From: an uncultured Acidimicrobiia bacterium
GTDB taxonomy: Bacteria; Actinomycetota; Acidimicrobiia; Acidimicrobiales; CAIXPF01
NCBI GenBank assembly: GCA_903921205.1
Contig: CAIXPF010000205.1
Span: forward strand, 26,657-90,656
Length of the DNA stretch: 64,000 nt
Direction: 5' to 3'
Part shown: positions 27,516 through 36,463 of the stretch, in pieces
How the letters are laid out: the number at the start of each line of letters is the position of its first letter
Numbering within the stretch: position 1 is the stretch's first letter
Notes under the pieces: model-generated
Told to the model about the DNA's origin: nothing
Databases searched by the model: none
Seen by the model: the letters and a program-made list of their open reading frames with translations, nothing else
Position numbers and translations under genes: made by a program

Positions 27516-27912
27516 GACGGCGAACGCTAGCGTCGGGCTCGTGACCACGACGGATGGCGGCTCCGCTGCCGCAAGCAACCGGAAGCTGAGCGGGGCCGAG
27601 GGCCTCCCGATCACGATGCTGAGCGACCGCGTCCTGGTGAAAATGGAGCAGGCGGAAGGTGACCGGCGTTCCACCGGCGGCATCCTGATCCCGGCCACCG
27701 CGCAGATGGGCAAGCGGTTGGCCTGGGCGACCGTGGTCGCGGTCGGGCCCAACGTCCGTTCGATGCAGCAGGGCGACAAGGTGCTGTTCAACCCCGAGGA
27801 CCGCTACGAGGTCGAGGTCCGCGGCGATGACTACATCATCCTGCGCGAACGAGATGTCCACGCCGTCGCCGCCGAGCGCCTCGAGGACAGCGCCCACGGC
27901 CTGTACCTGTGA
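27514..27912 (+). CDS. GroES/Cpn10-like co-chaperonin family protein
   Basis: Cpn10 pattern: LSDRVLVK...GGILIP...VVAVGPN...GDKVLF...DDYIILRERDVHAV. The start is uncertain. The ATG at 27514 would share CATG with the divergent gene's start codon. The ATG at 27616 would give a typical 98-aa protein. Confidence 0.6.
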   Translation: MTANASVGLVTTTDGGSAAASNRKLSGAEGLPITMLSDRVLVKMEQAEGDRRSTGGILIPATAQMGKRLAWATVVAVGPNVRSMQQGDKVLFNPEDRYEVEVRGDDYIILRERDVHAVAAERLEDSAHGLYL

Positions 27913-27990
27913 TCCTGCCCGGGTCGGGCGCTGCGGCGCAGTACGGCACCGCGCTGGGTCAGGCGGTCGGGGCGGCGCTACAGTGCAGAC

Positions 27991-28041
27991 GTGCAACTCG
28001 TCGTGCCGGCTCGTTGGTGGTGGTCCAGCAAGACGGCGTGA
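27991..28041 (+). CDS. trpL: Candidate trp leader peptide (16 codons, three consecutive Trp codons)
   Basis: GTG CAA CTC GTC GTG CCG GCT CGT TGG TGG TGG TCC AGC AAG ACG GCG TGA encodes VQLVVPARWWWSSKTA. It is too short for the ORF track. It lies directly upstream of a terminator hairpin and of trpE(G). Confidence 0.6.
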   Translation: MQLVVPARWWWSSKTA

Positions 28042-28065
28042 CGCGTCCCGGTTGACGCAGCACAC

Positions 28066-28100
28066 AGGCCGTCCCGCTCGGGACGGCCTCTTTCGGTTTT
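28066..28100 (+). terminator. Attenuator-type intrinsic terminator upstream of trpE(G)
   Basis: A GC-rich hairpin pairs AGGCCGTCCCG (28066-28076) with CGGGACGGCCT (28079-28089) and is followed by CTTTCGGTTTTGG. The trpE(G) start is 50 nt further downstream. Confidence 0.65.
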
Positions 28101-28149
28101 GGGCGTCGGGCCGGTCCGGCCACCCTCAGAGGGCAGGAAGTCGTTCACC

Positions 28150-30447
28150 ATGTCGGAGCAGTCCTCCACGATGAGCCAGCAGTACCGCACCCTCGGTGGA
28201 ATCGTCGTCCACCGAACCGTCGAATCGGTGACCGCGGCGCCGGCCGTCGAGTCCCTCATCGACCGGCTCGATGCCCGCCGCGGGGTGTTGCTGTCCTCGA
28301 GCTACGAGTACCCGGGGCGCTACACCCGGTGGGATCTCGGCTTTGCCGACCCGCCGCTGTCGGTCTGGGCCCGTCAGCGAGAGGTTCACGTCGAGGCGCT
28401 CAACGCCCGCGGTGCCGTGCTGCTGCCGGCCGTCGCTGCGTCTCTCGGCGCGCTCGACCTCGATCGCGCCGAATCGACGTCGAATCGCCCCGACTTCGTC
28501 GAATCGGTGTCGATTCGGCCCGAGGGGATCGACCTCGTCGTCCGCCGCCCCGACCGCCGCTTCGAGGAGGAGGAACGCAGCCGTCAGCCCTCGGTCTTCT
28601 CGGTCGTCCGGACCCTCATCGATCTGTTCCGCTCCCCGGACGACCCCCATCTCGGCCTCTACGGCGCCTTCGGCTACGACCTGGCGTTCCAGTTCGAGGA
28701 GTTGCGGCTCCACCTGGAGCGTCCGGACGAGCAGCGGGACCTCGTGCTGTACCTGCCCGACGAGCTGCTCGTCGTCGATCATCGGCGCGAACAGGGCGAA
28801 CGCCGCCGGTACGACTTCACGGTGAGCGGCGCCGACGGCGCGCCCGTCACGACCCTGGGACTCGAGCGGTCCGGGGTGGCGTTGCGGTACCGGCCGCGGC
28901 CTGCCGTGGCGGCCGGAAGCGATCACCGACCGGGTGAGTACGCCGCCCTGGTCGATGAGGCCAAGGCCTCCTTCCGCCGGGGTGATCTGTTCGAGGTGGT
29001 ACCCGGCCAGTGTTTCACCGAGCCCTGTCCCGCCTCGCCGTCGGAACTGTTCCGTCGCCTGCGCGAGCGCAACCCGTCGCCCTACGGGTTCCTGATCAAC
29101 CTCGGCGAGGCGCCGACGCGCTCGGACCCCGAGGCGGGGGAGTGGCTGGTCGGTGCGTCCCCTGAGATGTACGTCCGGGTCGACGAGGACCGGGTGGAGA
29201 CATGCCCGATCTCCGGCACGATCGCCCGTGGACGCGACCCGATCTCCGACGCCGCCCAGATCCTGGCCCTGTTGAACTCCGACAAGGATGCGTCGGAGTT
29301 GACCATGTGCACCGACGTCGACCGCAACGACAAGTCGCGGATCTGCGTGCCCGGGTCGGTCAAGGTCATCGGCCGCCGCCAGATCGAGATGTACTCCCGG
29401 CTGATCCACACGGTGGATCATGTCGAGGGCCGCTTGCGTCCGGGCTTCGACGCGCTCGATGCCTTCCTCAGCCACACCTGGGCGGTGATGGTGACCGGGG
29501 CGCCGAAGGCGTGGGCGATGCAGTGGATCGAGGCCCACGAACGTTCGCCGCGGGCGTGGTACGGCGGCGCGGTGGGCATGGTCGGCTTCAACGGCAACAT
29601 GAACACCGGCCTGACCTTGCGCACCATCCGGCTGACCGGCGGCGCGGCCCAGGTCCGGGTGGGCGCAACGCTGCTGTTCGACTCCGACCCCGAGGCAGAG
29701 GAGGCCGAGACGCAGCTCAAGGCGTCGGCGTTCCTCGACGCGATCCGCAACCCCGGACCACCCGCAGCCCCTGCCGGAGCGACCCCGGGTCTGCTCAGCG
29801 GGGCGCCCGCCGGTCTGGCCGATGAGCCCGGTGCCGGCCGTCGGGTCCTGCTCGTCGATCACCAGGACAGCTTCGTGCACACCCTGGCCAACTACTTCCG
29901 GGCCACCGGCGCCGAGGTGGTCACGCTGTGCTGCCCGCCGGAAGGAGCAGGCCTCGACCCGGCCGAGCTCGACCGGGTCGCCCCCGATCTGGTGGTGCTC
30001 TCGCCCGGCCCGGGCCGGCCGAGCGATTTCGGCGTGGGCCGGACGATCGCCGCCGTCCTCGAGCGGGGCCTGCCGCTGTTCGGCGTGTGCCTGGGTCTGC
30101 AGGGCATCGTCGAGCACTTCGGTGGCGAGCTCGGCGTGCTGGATCCGCCCATGCACGGGAAGGCCTCGGCGATCGTGGCCGGGTCGACCGCGCTGTTCGC
30201 GGGCCTCCCGTCACCGTTCCTCGCCGGGCGCTACCACTCGCTGTTCGCCCGTGCCGAGCAACTCCCCGATGTCCTGCAGGCCACCGCACACAGCGATGAT
30301 GGGGTGGTGATGGCAATCGAGCACCGCACCCTGCCGGTGTCCGCCGTGCAGTTCCACCCCGAGTCGATCATGTCGCTCGGCGATGAGGCCGGCATGCAGC
30401 TGGTTGCCAACGTGCTACGGACGATGCCGGCGGCGAGACCGACGTGA
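28150..30447 (+). CDS. trpE: Anthranilate synthase, fused component I-component II, TrpE(G) type
   Basis: The ATG at 28150 is preceded by GGAAG. The N-terminus LSSSYEYPGRYTRWD and GAFGYDLAFQFE are typical of fused TrpE(G). The chorismate-binding core has PSPYGF, GTIARG and GGAVG. The C-terminal class I GATase domain has GVCLGLQG and FHPES. Confidence 0.9.
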   Translation: MSEQSSTMSQQYRTLGGIVVHRTVESVTAAPAVESLIDRLDARRGVLLSSSYEYPGRYTRWDLGFADPPLSVWARQREVHVEALNARGAVLLPAVAASLGALDLDRAESTSNRPDFVESVSIRPEGIDLVVRRPDRRFEEEERSRQPSVFSVVRTLIDLFRSPDDPHLGLYGAFGYDLAFQFEELRLHLERPDEQRDLVLYLPDELLVVDHRREQGERRRYDFTVSGADGAPVTTLGLERSGVALRYRPRPAVAAGSDHRPGEYAALVDEAKASFRRGDLFEVVPGQCFTEPCPASPSELFRRLRERNPSPYGFLINLGEAPTRSDPEAGEWLVGASPEMYVRVDEDRVETCPISGTIARGRDPISDAAQILALLNSDKDASELTMCTDVDRNDKSRICVPGSVKVIGRRQIEMYSRLIHTVDHVEGRLRPGFDALDAFLSHTWAVMVTGAPKAWAMQWIEAHERSPRAWYGGAVGMVGFNGNMNTGLTLRTIRLTGGAAQVRVGATLLFDSDPEAEEAETQLKASAFLDAIRNPGPPAAPAGATPGLLSGAPAGLADEPGAGRRVLLVDHQDSFVHTLANYFRATGAEVVTLCCPPEGAGLDPAELDRVAPDLVVLSPGPGRPSDFGVGRTIAAVLERGLPLFGVCLGLQGIVEHFGGELGVLDPPMHGKASAIVAGSTALFAGLPSPFLAGRYHSLFARAEQLPDVLQATAHSDDGVVMAIEHRTLPVSAVQFHPESIMSLGDEAGMQLVANVLRTMPAARPT
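28470..28517. repeat. Core repeat copies 3a (28470..28487, exact) and 3b (28500..28517, 16/18), in frame inside trpE(G)
   Basis: Copy 3a, CGAATCGACGTCGAATCG, is followed by CCCCGA, as in the 18.4-kb palindrome. Twelve nt later comes copy 3b, CGAATCGGTGTCGATTCG, followed by GCCCGAG. Together they are translated as A-ESTSNRPDFVESVSIRPE. Confidence 0.85.
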
Positions 30448-30468
30448 CCAGGACGCGAGGATGACGCA

Positions 30469-31356
30469 ATGACGACCGATCCGGCGACGATGAACCCGGC
30501 GAACCCGCTGCCTACGGACGTGTTCCAGGTCGAACTGCGGCGCGACGTCGTCGAGGCGACGGGTCCGGACACTGCGGCGTTCCTGCAGGGCCAGTTGAGC
30601 CAGGACGTTGCCGGCTTGGCCGTGGGGGAGAGCCGCTACAGCCTTCTGCTGCAACCACAGGGCAAGGTCGACGCCTGGTTGCGAGTGGTCCGCACCGGCG
30701 ACGAGACGTTCCTCCTCGATGTCGAGGAAGGCTGGGGCGAGGCGGTGATACGGCGCCTCGAGCGCTTCAAGCTGCGCACCCGTTGCAGCCTGGCCATGCT
30801 CGACGGGTGGCGCTGCTGGGCGGTGCGGGGGACCGATCGGTCGGCGGTGGCCGGGTCGGTCGGATCGACGGTGGCGGTGGTCGTCACGGCGTGGCCCGGT
30901 ACCCAGGGCTTCGACGCGCTCGGCGCCGGCCTCGGGCCGTTCGATGGCATCGTGGTGGTCGATACCGACCGGTATCTCGCAGCCCGCATCGCCGCCGGGG
31001 TCCCGGCCCTCGGCGCCGAGCTCGATGACAGCACCATCCCGGCCGAGGCCGGCAGTTGGCTGATCGAACGCTCGGTGAGCTTCACCAAGGGTTGCTACAC
31101 GGGCCAGGAGTTGGTGGCCAGGGTGGACAGCCGGGGCAGCAACACCCCGCGCAAGCTGCGCCGGGTCGAGGCCATCGGTGGCCTCCTCGACGGTGCCGAG
31201 CTGTTCGCCGGGCAGGAACCGGTCGGTGTCGTCACCTCGGCCACGTCCGACGGCCGCAGCGCCCTGGCGTACCTCAAGCGCTCGGTGGAGCCTCCCGCCA
31301 CGGTCGAACTCGCCGGTGGTGCGGCGGTCCGGGTGGATCCGCTTCCGGAGGGCTGA
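30469..31356 (+). CDS. ygfZ: YgfZ/GcvT-like folate-binding protein
   Basis: 295 aa with the aminomethyltransferase-like fold signature and the YgfZ motif KGCYTGQELVARV. Confidence 0.7.
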   Translation: MTTDPATMNPANPLPTDVFQVELRRDVVEATGPDTAAFLQGQLSQDVAGLAVGESRYSLLLQPQGKVDAWLRVVRTGDETFLLDVEEGWGEAVIRRLERFKLRTRCSLAMLDGWRCWAVRGTDRSAVAGSVGSTVAVVVTAWPGTQGFDALGAGLGPFDGIVVVDTDRYLAARIAAGVPALGAELDDSTIPAEAGSWLIERSVSFTKGCYTGQELVARVDSRGSNTPRKLRRVEAIGGLLDGAELFAGQEPVGVVTSATSDGRSALAYLKRSVEPPATVELAGGAAVRVDPLPEG

Positions 31357-31396
31357 GCGTGTCCCGATCCGCCGTCTGCGCCGTATCGTCTTCGCG

Positions 31397-32089
31397 GTGA
31401 GCCACTACGACGTGCTCGGCGTGTCCGCCGACGCCGATGCCGAGTCGTTGCGACGGGCGTTCGTAGCCCTCGCCCGTCGGTTCCACCCCGATCGTCACGT
31501 CGGGGCCGATGCGGCCACCCGTCGCGAGGCCGAACGCCGCATGCGCGAGATCACCGAGGCCTGGGCGGTTCTCGGCGACCCGGTGCGCCGTCGTCGCTAC
31601 GACCTCGGCTTGGGCGACCGGGCCCGCAGCGAGCGGGATCGTGCCGATGTCCCGGACCCGGGCAAGTCGGGACCGGGCACCGGCACCGGCCGAAGCGGTG
31701 CCAACGGCCGGGCGGCCACCACGAACACGACCGGTACGAACGGCCGGGCCGGCACCTCCTCGAACGCGGCGGGACCGAATGCCGCAGGCCCCGGCGCCGC
31801 AGCATCGCGTGGCGCCGGACGGGACTGGCGGGCCTACGCCAGTCCCGGCCCGGCGGCCGCGGATCGCCGCCCGGCGGGCGAGCAACTCCTGCTGCTGTCG
31901 CCGATCGTGCTCGTGGGCGCTGCGGGGATGTGCGGGTTGATGGGCGCGATCGTGGGCTGGCCGCCGTTCTACGCCGCAGCGCTGGTCTGCCTGATCGGCG
32001 CCGCGGCGGCGTTCTTCCTGCTGCCGATCCTGGCGATGACCCGGGGATCGTCACGGCGCGGCGGGCGGGGCCCGAAGCGGTCCTACTAA
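31397..32089 (+). CDS. J-domain (DnaJ-like) membrane protein
   Basis: The GTG at 31397 gives VSHYDVLGVSADADAESLRRAFVALARRFHPDR. A low-complexity Gly/Ala/Asn/Thr linker follows, then two C-terminal hydrophobic helices. Confidence 0.7.
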   Translation: MSHYDVLGVSADADAESLRRAFVALARRFHPDRHVGADAATRREAERRMREITEAWAVLGDPVRRRRYDLGLGDRARSERDRADVPDPGKSGPGTGTGRSGANGRAATTNTTGTNGRAGTSSNAAGPNAAGPGAAASRGAGRDWRAYASPGPAAADRRPAGEQLLLLSPIVLVGAAGMCGLMGAIVGWPPFYAAALVCLIGAAAAFFLLPILAMTRGSSRRGGRGPKRSY

Positions 32090-32099
32090 GGTCGCTGGC

Positions 32100-32414
32100 A
32101 TGTCGAAGCCCGCACTCATCGCCAAGATCACCGCTGCCGAAGGCAAGCGCGACGAGCTCATCGCCGCCTGCCAGAAGATGATCGACTACGTGACCGCCTC
32201 CGAGCCCGGCACCGAGGTGTACGTGCTGCACACCGACGGCAAGGACGAGAACGTGGTCTGGTACTACGAGCTCTACAGCGACAAGGACGCCCTCACCACG
32301 CACGGCACCAGCGAGGCGATGGCTGCGTTCGGCAAGGAGATCGCTCCGCTGCTCGGCGGCAAGACCGAGATCACCCGGCTCAGCCCGGTCTCCGGCAAGG
32401 GGCTGGCGCTCTGA
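32100..32414 (+). CDS. ABM-domain (antibiotic biosynthesis monooxygenase-like) protein
   Basis: 104 aa of the ferredoxin-like ABM/YgiN type (IAKITAAEGKRDEL...VWYYELYSDKDAL..H). Confidence 0.7.
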   Translation: MSKPALIAKITAAEGKRDELIAACQKMIDYVTASEPGTEVYVLHTDGKDENVVWYYELYSDKDALTTHGTSEAMAAFGKEIAPLLGGKTEITRLSPVSGKGLAL

Positions 32415-33193
32415 CGACCTACCTCGATCGGATCCTCGCCGCCCACCGGGCCACGGCCGCCGCAGAACGGCGCGATCTCGACGCGTTGGAGCGGCGTGCC
32501 CTGCAGACCTCGCCGACGCGTGGGTTCCGTCAGGCGTTGCGCCGGGCGGCGGCCGATCGGGGCGTGGCGGTGATCGCCGAGGTGAAGCGGCGCTCACCGT
32601 CCAAGGGCGATCTTGCGGTGGGCCTCGACCCGGCGGAGCTCGCCAACCGGTACGAACAGGGTGGCGCGGCGTGCATGTCGGTGCTCACCGACGAGGCGTT
32701 CTTCGGCGGCTCGGCGGACGACCTGCGCTCCGCCCGCTCGGCGTGCAGCATGCCGGTGCTGCGCAAGGACTTCACGGTCTGTCTCGCCGATGTGTTCGAT
32801 GCCCGGCTGATGGGGGCGGACTGCCTCCTGCTGATCGTGGCGGCGCTGAGCGACAGCGAGTTGAAGCAGTTCCACTCGGCGGCGGTCGGCGTGGGGCTGG
32901 ATGTTCTGGTGGAGATCCACGACGAGGCCGAGCTGGACCGCGCGTTGGCAGCAGGGGCGACGCTCGTCGGGGTCAACCAACGTGATCTCGTCACCTTCGA
33001 GGTCGACACCGATCGGGCGGTGCGCATGGCTGCACTGATCCCCGACGGGGTGCTCAAGGTGGCCGAGTCCGGTATTCGTGGCCGTGACGATGCGCTGGTG
33101 CTACGCGATGCCGGGTATGACGGATTGTTGGTCGGCGAGACGCTGGTGCGTTCGGCCGACCCGACACAGGCAGTGAAGGAGTTGTTGCCATGA
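32411..33193 (+). CDS. trpC: Indole-3-glycerol phosphate synthase
   Basis: IGPS motifs [19 protein letters not shown] and ESGI are present. The track ORF starts at a TTG at 32486. However, the in-frame upstream codons encode the conserved N-terminal helix ([12 protein letters not shown]...). The only start-like codon there is a CTG at 32411, which overlaps the upstream stop codon (CTGA). Confidence 0.85.
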   Translation: MTTYLDRILAAHRATAAAERRDLDALERRALQTSPTRGFRQALRRAAADRGVAVIAEVKRRSPSKGDLAVGLDPAELANRYEQGGAACMSVLTDEAFFGGSADDLRSARSACSMPVLRKDFTVCLADVFDARLMGADCLLLIVAALSDSELKQFHSAAVGVGLDVLVEIHDEAELDRALAAGATLVGVNQRDLVTFEVDTDRAVRMAALIPDGVLKVAESGIRGRDDALVLRDAGYDGLLVGETLVRSADPTQAVKELLP

Positions 33194-34440
33194 CCCGCTG
33201 GAATCTCCCCCCCGACCGGATCCCCTCCGCTTGGTACAACGTGTTGCCCCGGTTCGAGACGCCGATGGACCCGGCGCTGCACCCGGGTACCCGCCAGCCG
33301 ATCGGCCCCGACGACCTCGCTCCGCTGTTCCCGATGGGCCTGATCCTGCAGGAGGTGTCGCCCGACCCGTGGATCGACATCCCCGGTGAGGTGCTCGACA
33401 TCCTGCGGCTGTGGCGTCCCACCCCGCTGGTGCGGGCAACCCGGCTCGAGGCAGCCCTCGGGACGCCGGCCCGGATCTACTTCAAGGACGAGTCGGTGTC
33501 CCCGGCGGGGTCCCACAAGCCGAACACCGCGGTTCCCCAGGCCTTCTACAACAAGCAGGAGGGCATCACCCGGCTCACCACCGAGACCGGTGCGGGGCAG
33601 TGGGGTACGGCGCTCAGCTTCGCATGCGCCCAGTTCGACCTCGAGTGCCTGGTGTACATGGTGCGCACCAGCTTCGACTCCAAGCCCTACCGCAAGGTCA
33701 TGATGCAGGCCTGGGGCGGCCAGTGTGTGCCGTCCCCGGTCGACGATCCGAGCCATCCGGGTTCGCTGGGCTCGGCCATCACCGACGCCGTGCGTGACGC
33801 GGTGAGCCGTGACGACACCCACTACGCGCTCGGCTCGGTGCTCAACCACGTGCTGCTGCACCAGACCGTGATCGGTCTCGAGGCCCGTGAGCAGCTGGAG
33901 ATGGCCGGTGAGCGTCTGCCCGACGTGGTGATCGCCCCGTGCGGTGGCGGTTCGAACCTCGGCGGGGTGGCGTTGCCGTTCTACGAGGACCGTTCGGTCC
34001 GGCTGTTGGCCGTCGAGCCGTCGTCGTGCCCGACCCTCACCGAGGGCCGCTTCGAGTACGACTTCGGCGACACCGGTGAAATGACGCCGCTGCTGCCGAT
34101 GTACACCCTCGGCCACGACTTCATCCCGCCGACCATCCACGCCGGCGGTCTGCGCTACCACGGCGATGCGCCGATCGTGTCCAAGCTCGTGAAGGACGGC
34201 CGCATGGAGGCGGTGGCGTACCCGCAGAGCAAGGTGTTCGACGCCGCGCTGCTTTTCGCCCGCACCGAGGGCAAGGTCCCCGCGCCGGAGGCCGCGCACG
34301 GCATCCGGGCCGCCATCGACGAGGCGCTCGCCGCCAAGGAGACCGGTGAGGAGAAGGTGATCCTGTTCAACTACTGCGGACACGGGCACCTCGACCTGCA
34401 GGCGTACGACGACTACCTGAACGGCCGGCTCGTCGACTGA
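33190..34440 (+). CDS. TrpB2-type tryptophan synthase beta-like PLP enzyme
   Basis: 416 aa with the TrpB2-type N-terminal extension ([10 protein letters not shown]...), the PLP-lysine motif GSHKPNTA, and TETGAGQWG. Overlaps trpC by 4 nt. Confidence 0.85.
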   Translation: MTRWNLPPDRIPSAWYNVLPRFETPMDPALHPGTRQPIGPDDLAPLFPMGLILQEVSPDPWIDIPGEVLDILRLWRPTPLVRATRLEAALGTPARIYFKDESVSPAGSHKPNTAVPQAFYNKQEGITRLTTETGAGQWGTALSFACAQFDLECLVYMVRTSFDSKPYRKVMMQAWGGQCVPSPVDDPSHPGSLGSAITDAVRDAVSRDDTHYALGSVLNHVLLHQTVIGLEAREQLEMAGERLPDVVIAPCGGGSNLGGVALPFYEDRSVRLLAVEPSSCPTLTEGRFEYDFGDTGEMTPLLPMYTLGHDFIPPTIHAGGLRYHGDAPIVSKLVKDGRMEAVAYPQSKVFDAALLFARTEGKVPAPEAAHGIRAAIDEALAAKETGEEKVILFNYCGHGHLDLQAYDDYLNGRLVD

Positions 34441-34460
34441 CGCTCCGCTCGTGCGGCGAT

Positions 34461-34513
34461 CCCGGGGGCGAATGGGTGCCGGTCCGACCGGCTCGGACCC
34501 ATTTCCCCCCGGG
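34461..34513 (+). other. Long imperfect hairpin in the trpB2-trpF spacer
   Basis: CCCGGGGG(cg)AATGGGT...ACCCATT(t)CCCCCGGG encloses an inner GCCGGT/ACCGGC stem. No U-tract follows. The spacer is 104 nt. Confidence 0.4.
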
Positions 34514-34544
34514 GTGTCGCCACCGCGGGTAGGTTGAGGCGGCC

Positions 34545-35213
34545 ATGTTCGTCAAGATCTGCGGCATCACCAGCGAGGAGGACGCGCTCCTCGCCGTTGC
34601 GCAGGGTGCCGACGCGGTCGGGTTCGTGTTCGCCCCGTCGCCGCGGCAGGTCGCCTCGGCGCTCGCCAGGGACATCGCCCGGCGGCTTCCGCCCGACGTG
34701 CTCACGGTCGGCGTGTTTCGCAACGAGGCCCCGGCTCGGGTGGTGGAGATCTGCCACTTCGCCGGGTTGCGGGCGGCACAGCTGCACGGTCACGAATCGG
34801 GCGAGGACTGCCGCTACGTGCGCAGCAGGGTCGGGCTGGTGATCAAGGGATTTCCCGCCGGATCGCTCGAGCTCGAGCGGTTCGACGACTACCACGCCGA
34901 CATCGCCCTCATCGACTCGCCGTCGCCGGGTTCGGGCCAGGTGTTCGACTGGTCACTCGCCGAGGGGGCACCGCCCAACCGTCGCCTGCTGCTTGCCGGG
35001 GGGCTCACCCCTGACAACGTCGCCGACGCCATCCACCGGGTCCGGCCCTGGGGGGTCGACGTGTCGAGCGGGGTCGAGTCCGCTCCCGGCCGGAAGGACG
35101 CACTGAAGGTGAGCCGCTTCGTGGCCAATGCCAAGGCTGCGGCACCCGATTCCGGCGGCTTCGACGATCTCCTCGACGATCCTGCTGCGCCGTTCGACTG
35201 GCAGCGCGACTGA
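34545..35213 (+). CDS. trpF: Phosphoribosylanthranilate isomerase
   Basis: 222 aa with the MFVKICGIT start and a collinear TrpF (beta/alpha)8 pattern. Confidence 0.9.
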   Translation: MFVKICGITSEEDALLAVAQGADAVGFVFAPSPRQVASALARDIARRLPPDVLTVGVFRNEAPARVVEICHFAGLRAAQLHGHESGEDCRYVRSRVGLVIKGFPAGSLELERFDDYHADIALIDSPSPGSGQVFDWSLAEGAPPNRRLLLAGGLTPDNVADAIHRVRPWGVDVSSGVESAPGRKDALKVSRFVANAKAAAPDSGGFDDLLDDPAAPFDWQRD

Positions 35214-35245
35214 GGTTCCGGGAACCCGGTTTCCCGGAGCGCCTC

Positions 35246-36463
35246 GTGAGCGAGCACAATCGATCCATGGCGCTCGCCCCTTCCTCACCCGCTCCGGTCA
35301 TGGGCAACCCCTCCGACGACGGCCGTTTCGGCCGTTTCGGTGGCCGTTTCGTGCCGGAGACCCTCGTTCCTGCCTGTCAGGAGCTCGAAGCGGCGTTCCG
35401 CGATGCCTGGGGTGACCCGACCTTTCGTGCCGAGTTCGACCACCTCCTGCGTACCTACGCCAACCGCCCTTCGCTGCTGTCGGAGTGCACCCGGCTGTCC
35501 GAACAGCTCGGGCTGCGGCTCATCCTCAAGCGTGAGGACCTCAACCACACCGGCAGCCACAAGATCAACAACGTGCTCGGCCAGGCCCTGTTGGCCAAGC
35601 GCATGGGCAAGACCAAGCTGATCGCAGAGACCGGCGCCGGCCAGCACGGTGTCGCCAGCGCCACCGCAGCGGCGCTGCTGGGCCTGGAGTGCGTGGTCTA
35701 CATGGGCGAGGTCGACATGGTCCGCCAGTCGCTCAACGTGTTCCGCATGAAGTTGCTCGGGGCCGAGGTCCGTCCGGCCATGAGCGGTTCGCGGACCCTC
35801 AAGGATGCGGTGAACGAGGCGATGCGGGCCTGGGTGTCCGACATCGCCGACACCCACTACCTGCTCGGCTCGGTCATGGGCCCCCACCCGTACCCGTGGA
35901 TGGTCCGCGAGTTCCACCGGGTCATCGGGGACGAGGCCCGCGAGCAGTGCCGGGAGCTCACCGGGGCCGATCCTGATGTCGTGGTGGCATGTGTCGGTGG
36001 CGGGTCGAACGCTGCCGGCATCTTCTCCGGGTTCGCCGAGCTGCCGTCCGTGCGTCTGGTCGGGGTCGAGCCGGCCGGTGGCGCTGCGGTCGGTCGGGGT
36101 GTGCCCGGCGTGGTGCACGGCATGTTGAGCTACCTGATGCAGGACGAGTTCGGCCAGGTGCAGGAGGCCGAGTCGGTGTCCGCCGGCCTCGACTATCCCG
36201 GCGTCGGGCCCGAGCACTCCCACCTCGCGGACATCGGGCGGGCCGAGTACCACCCGGTCAACGACGACGAGGTCATCGAGGCCTTCCAGCTGATGGCCCG
36301 GACGGAAGGCATCATCCCGGCGCTGGAGTGCGCCCACGCCCTGGCCTGGATCAGCCGGGAACGCGCTTCCATGAAGGGCCAGACGGTGCTGATGAACCTT
36401 TCCGGTCGTGGTGACAAGGACGTCGCGCAGGTGCAGTCCATTCTCGACGGCAGGCTGACGTGA
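35246..36463 (+). CDS. trpB: Tryptophan synthase beta chain (TrpB1 type)
   Basis: 405 aa with [23 protein letters not shown] and GGGSNAAG. Confidence 0.95.
   Translation: MSEHNRSMALAPSSPAPVMGNPSDDGRFGRFGGRFVPETLVPACQELEAAFRDAWGDPTFRAEFDHLLRTYANRPSLLSECTRLSEQLGLRLILKREDLNHTGSHKINNVLGQALLAKRMGKTKLIAETGAGQHGVASATAAALLGLECVVYMGEVDMVRQSLNVFRMKLLGAEVRPAMSGSRTLKDAVNEAMRAWVSDIADTHYLLGSVMGPHPYPWMVREFHRVIGDEAREQCRELTGADPDVVVACVGGGSNAAGIFSGFAELPSVRLVGVEPAGGAAVGRGVPGVVHGMLSYLMQDEFGQVQEAESVSAGLDYPGVGPEHSHLADIGRAEYHPVNDDEVIEAFQLMARTEGIIPALECAHALAWISRERASMKGQTVLMNLSGRGDKDVAQVQSILDGRLT

Noticed and set aside
27513-27516. Divergent genes sharing a CATG at their start codons (the hydrolase start at 27515 and the GroES-like ATG at 27514)
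   Set aside because: This is probably an artefact of taking the longest GroES-like ORF. A downstream ATG at 27616 gives a canonical Cpn10 of about 98 aa and leaves a normal 100-nt divergent promoter region.
25996-30156. Long minus-strand ORFs 25996..28065 (689 aa) and 28126..30156 (676 aa)
   Set aside because: They are antisense to hisF, the hydrolase and GroES-like genes, and trpE(G). Their composition is Arg/Gly/Pro-rich and low-complexity, with no motifs.
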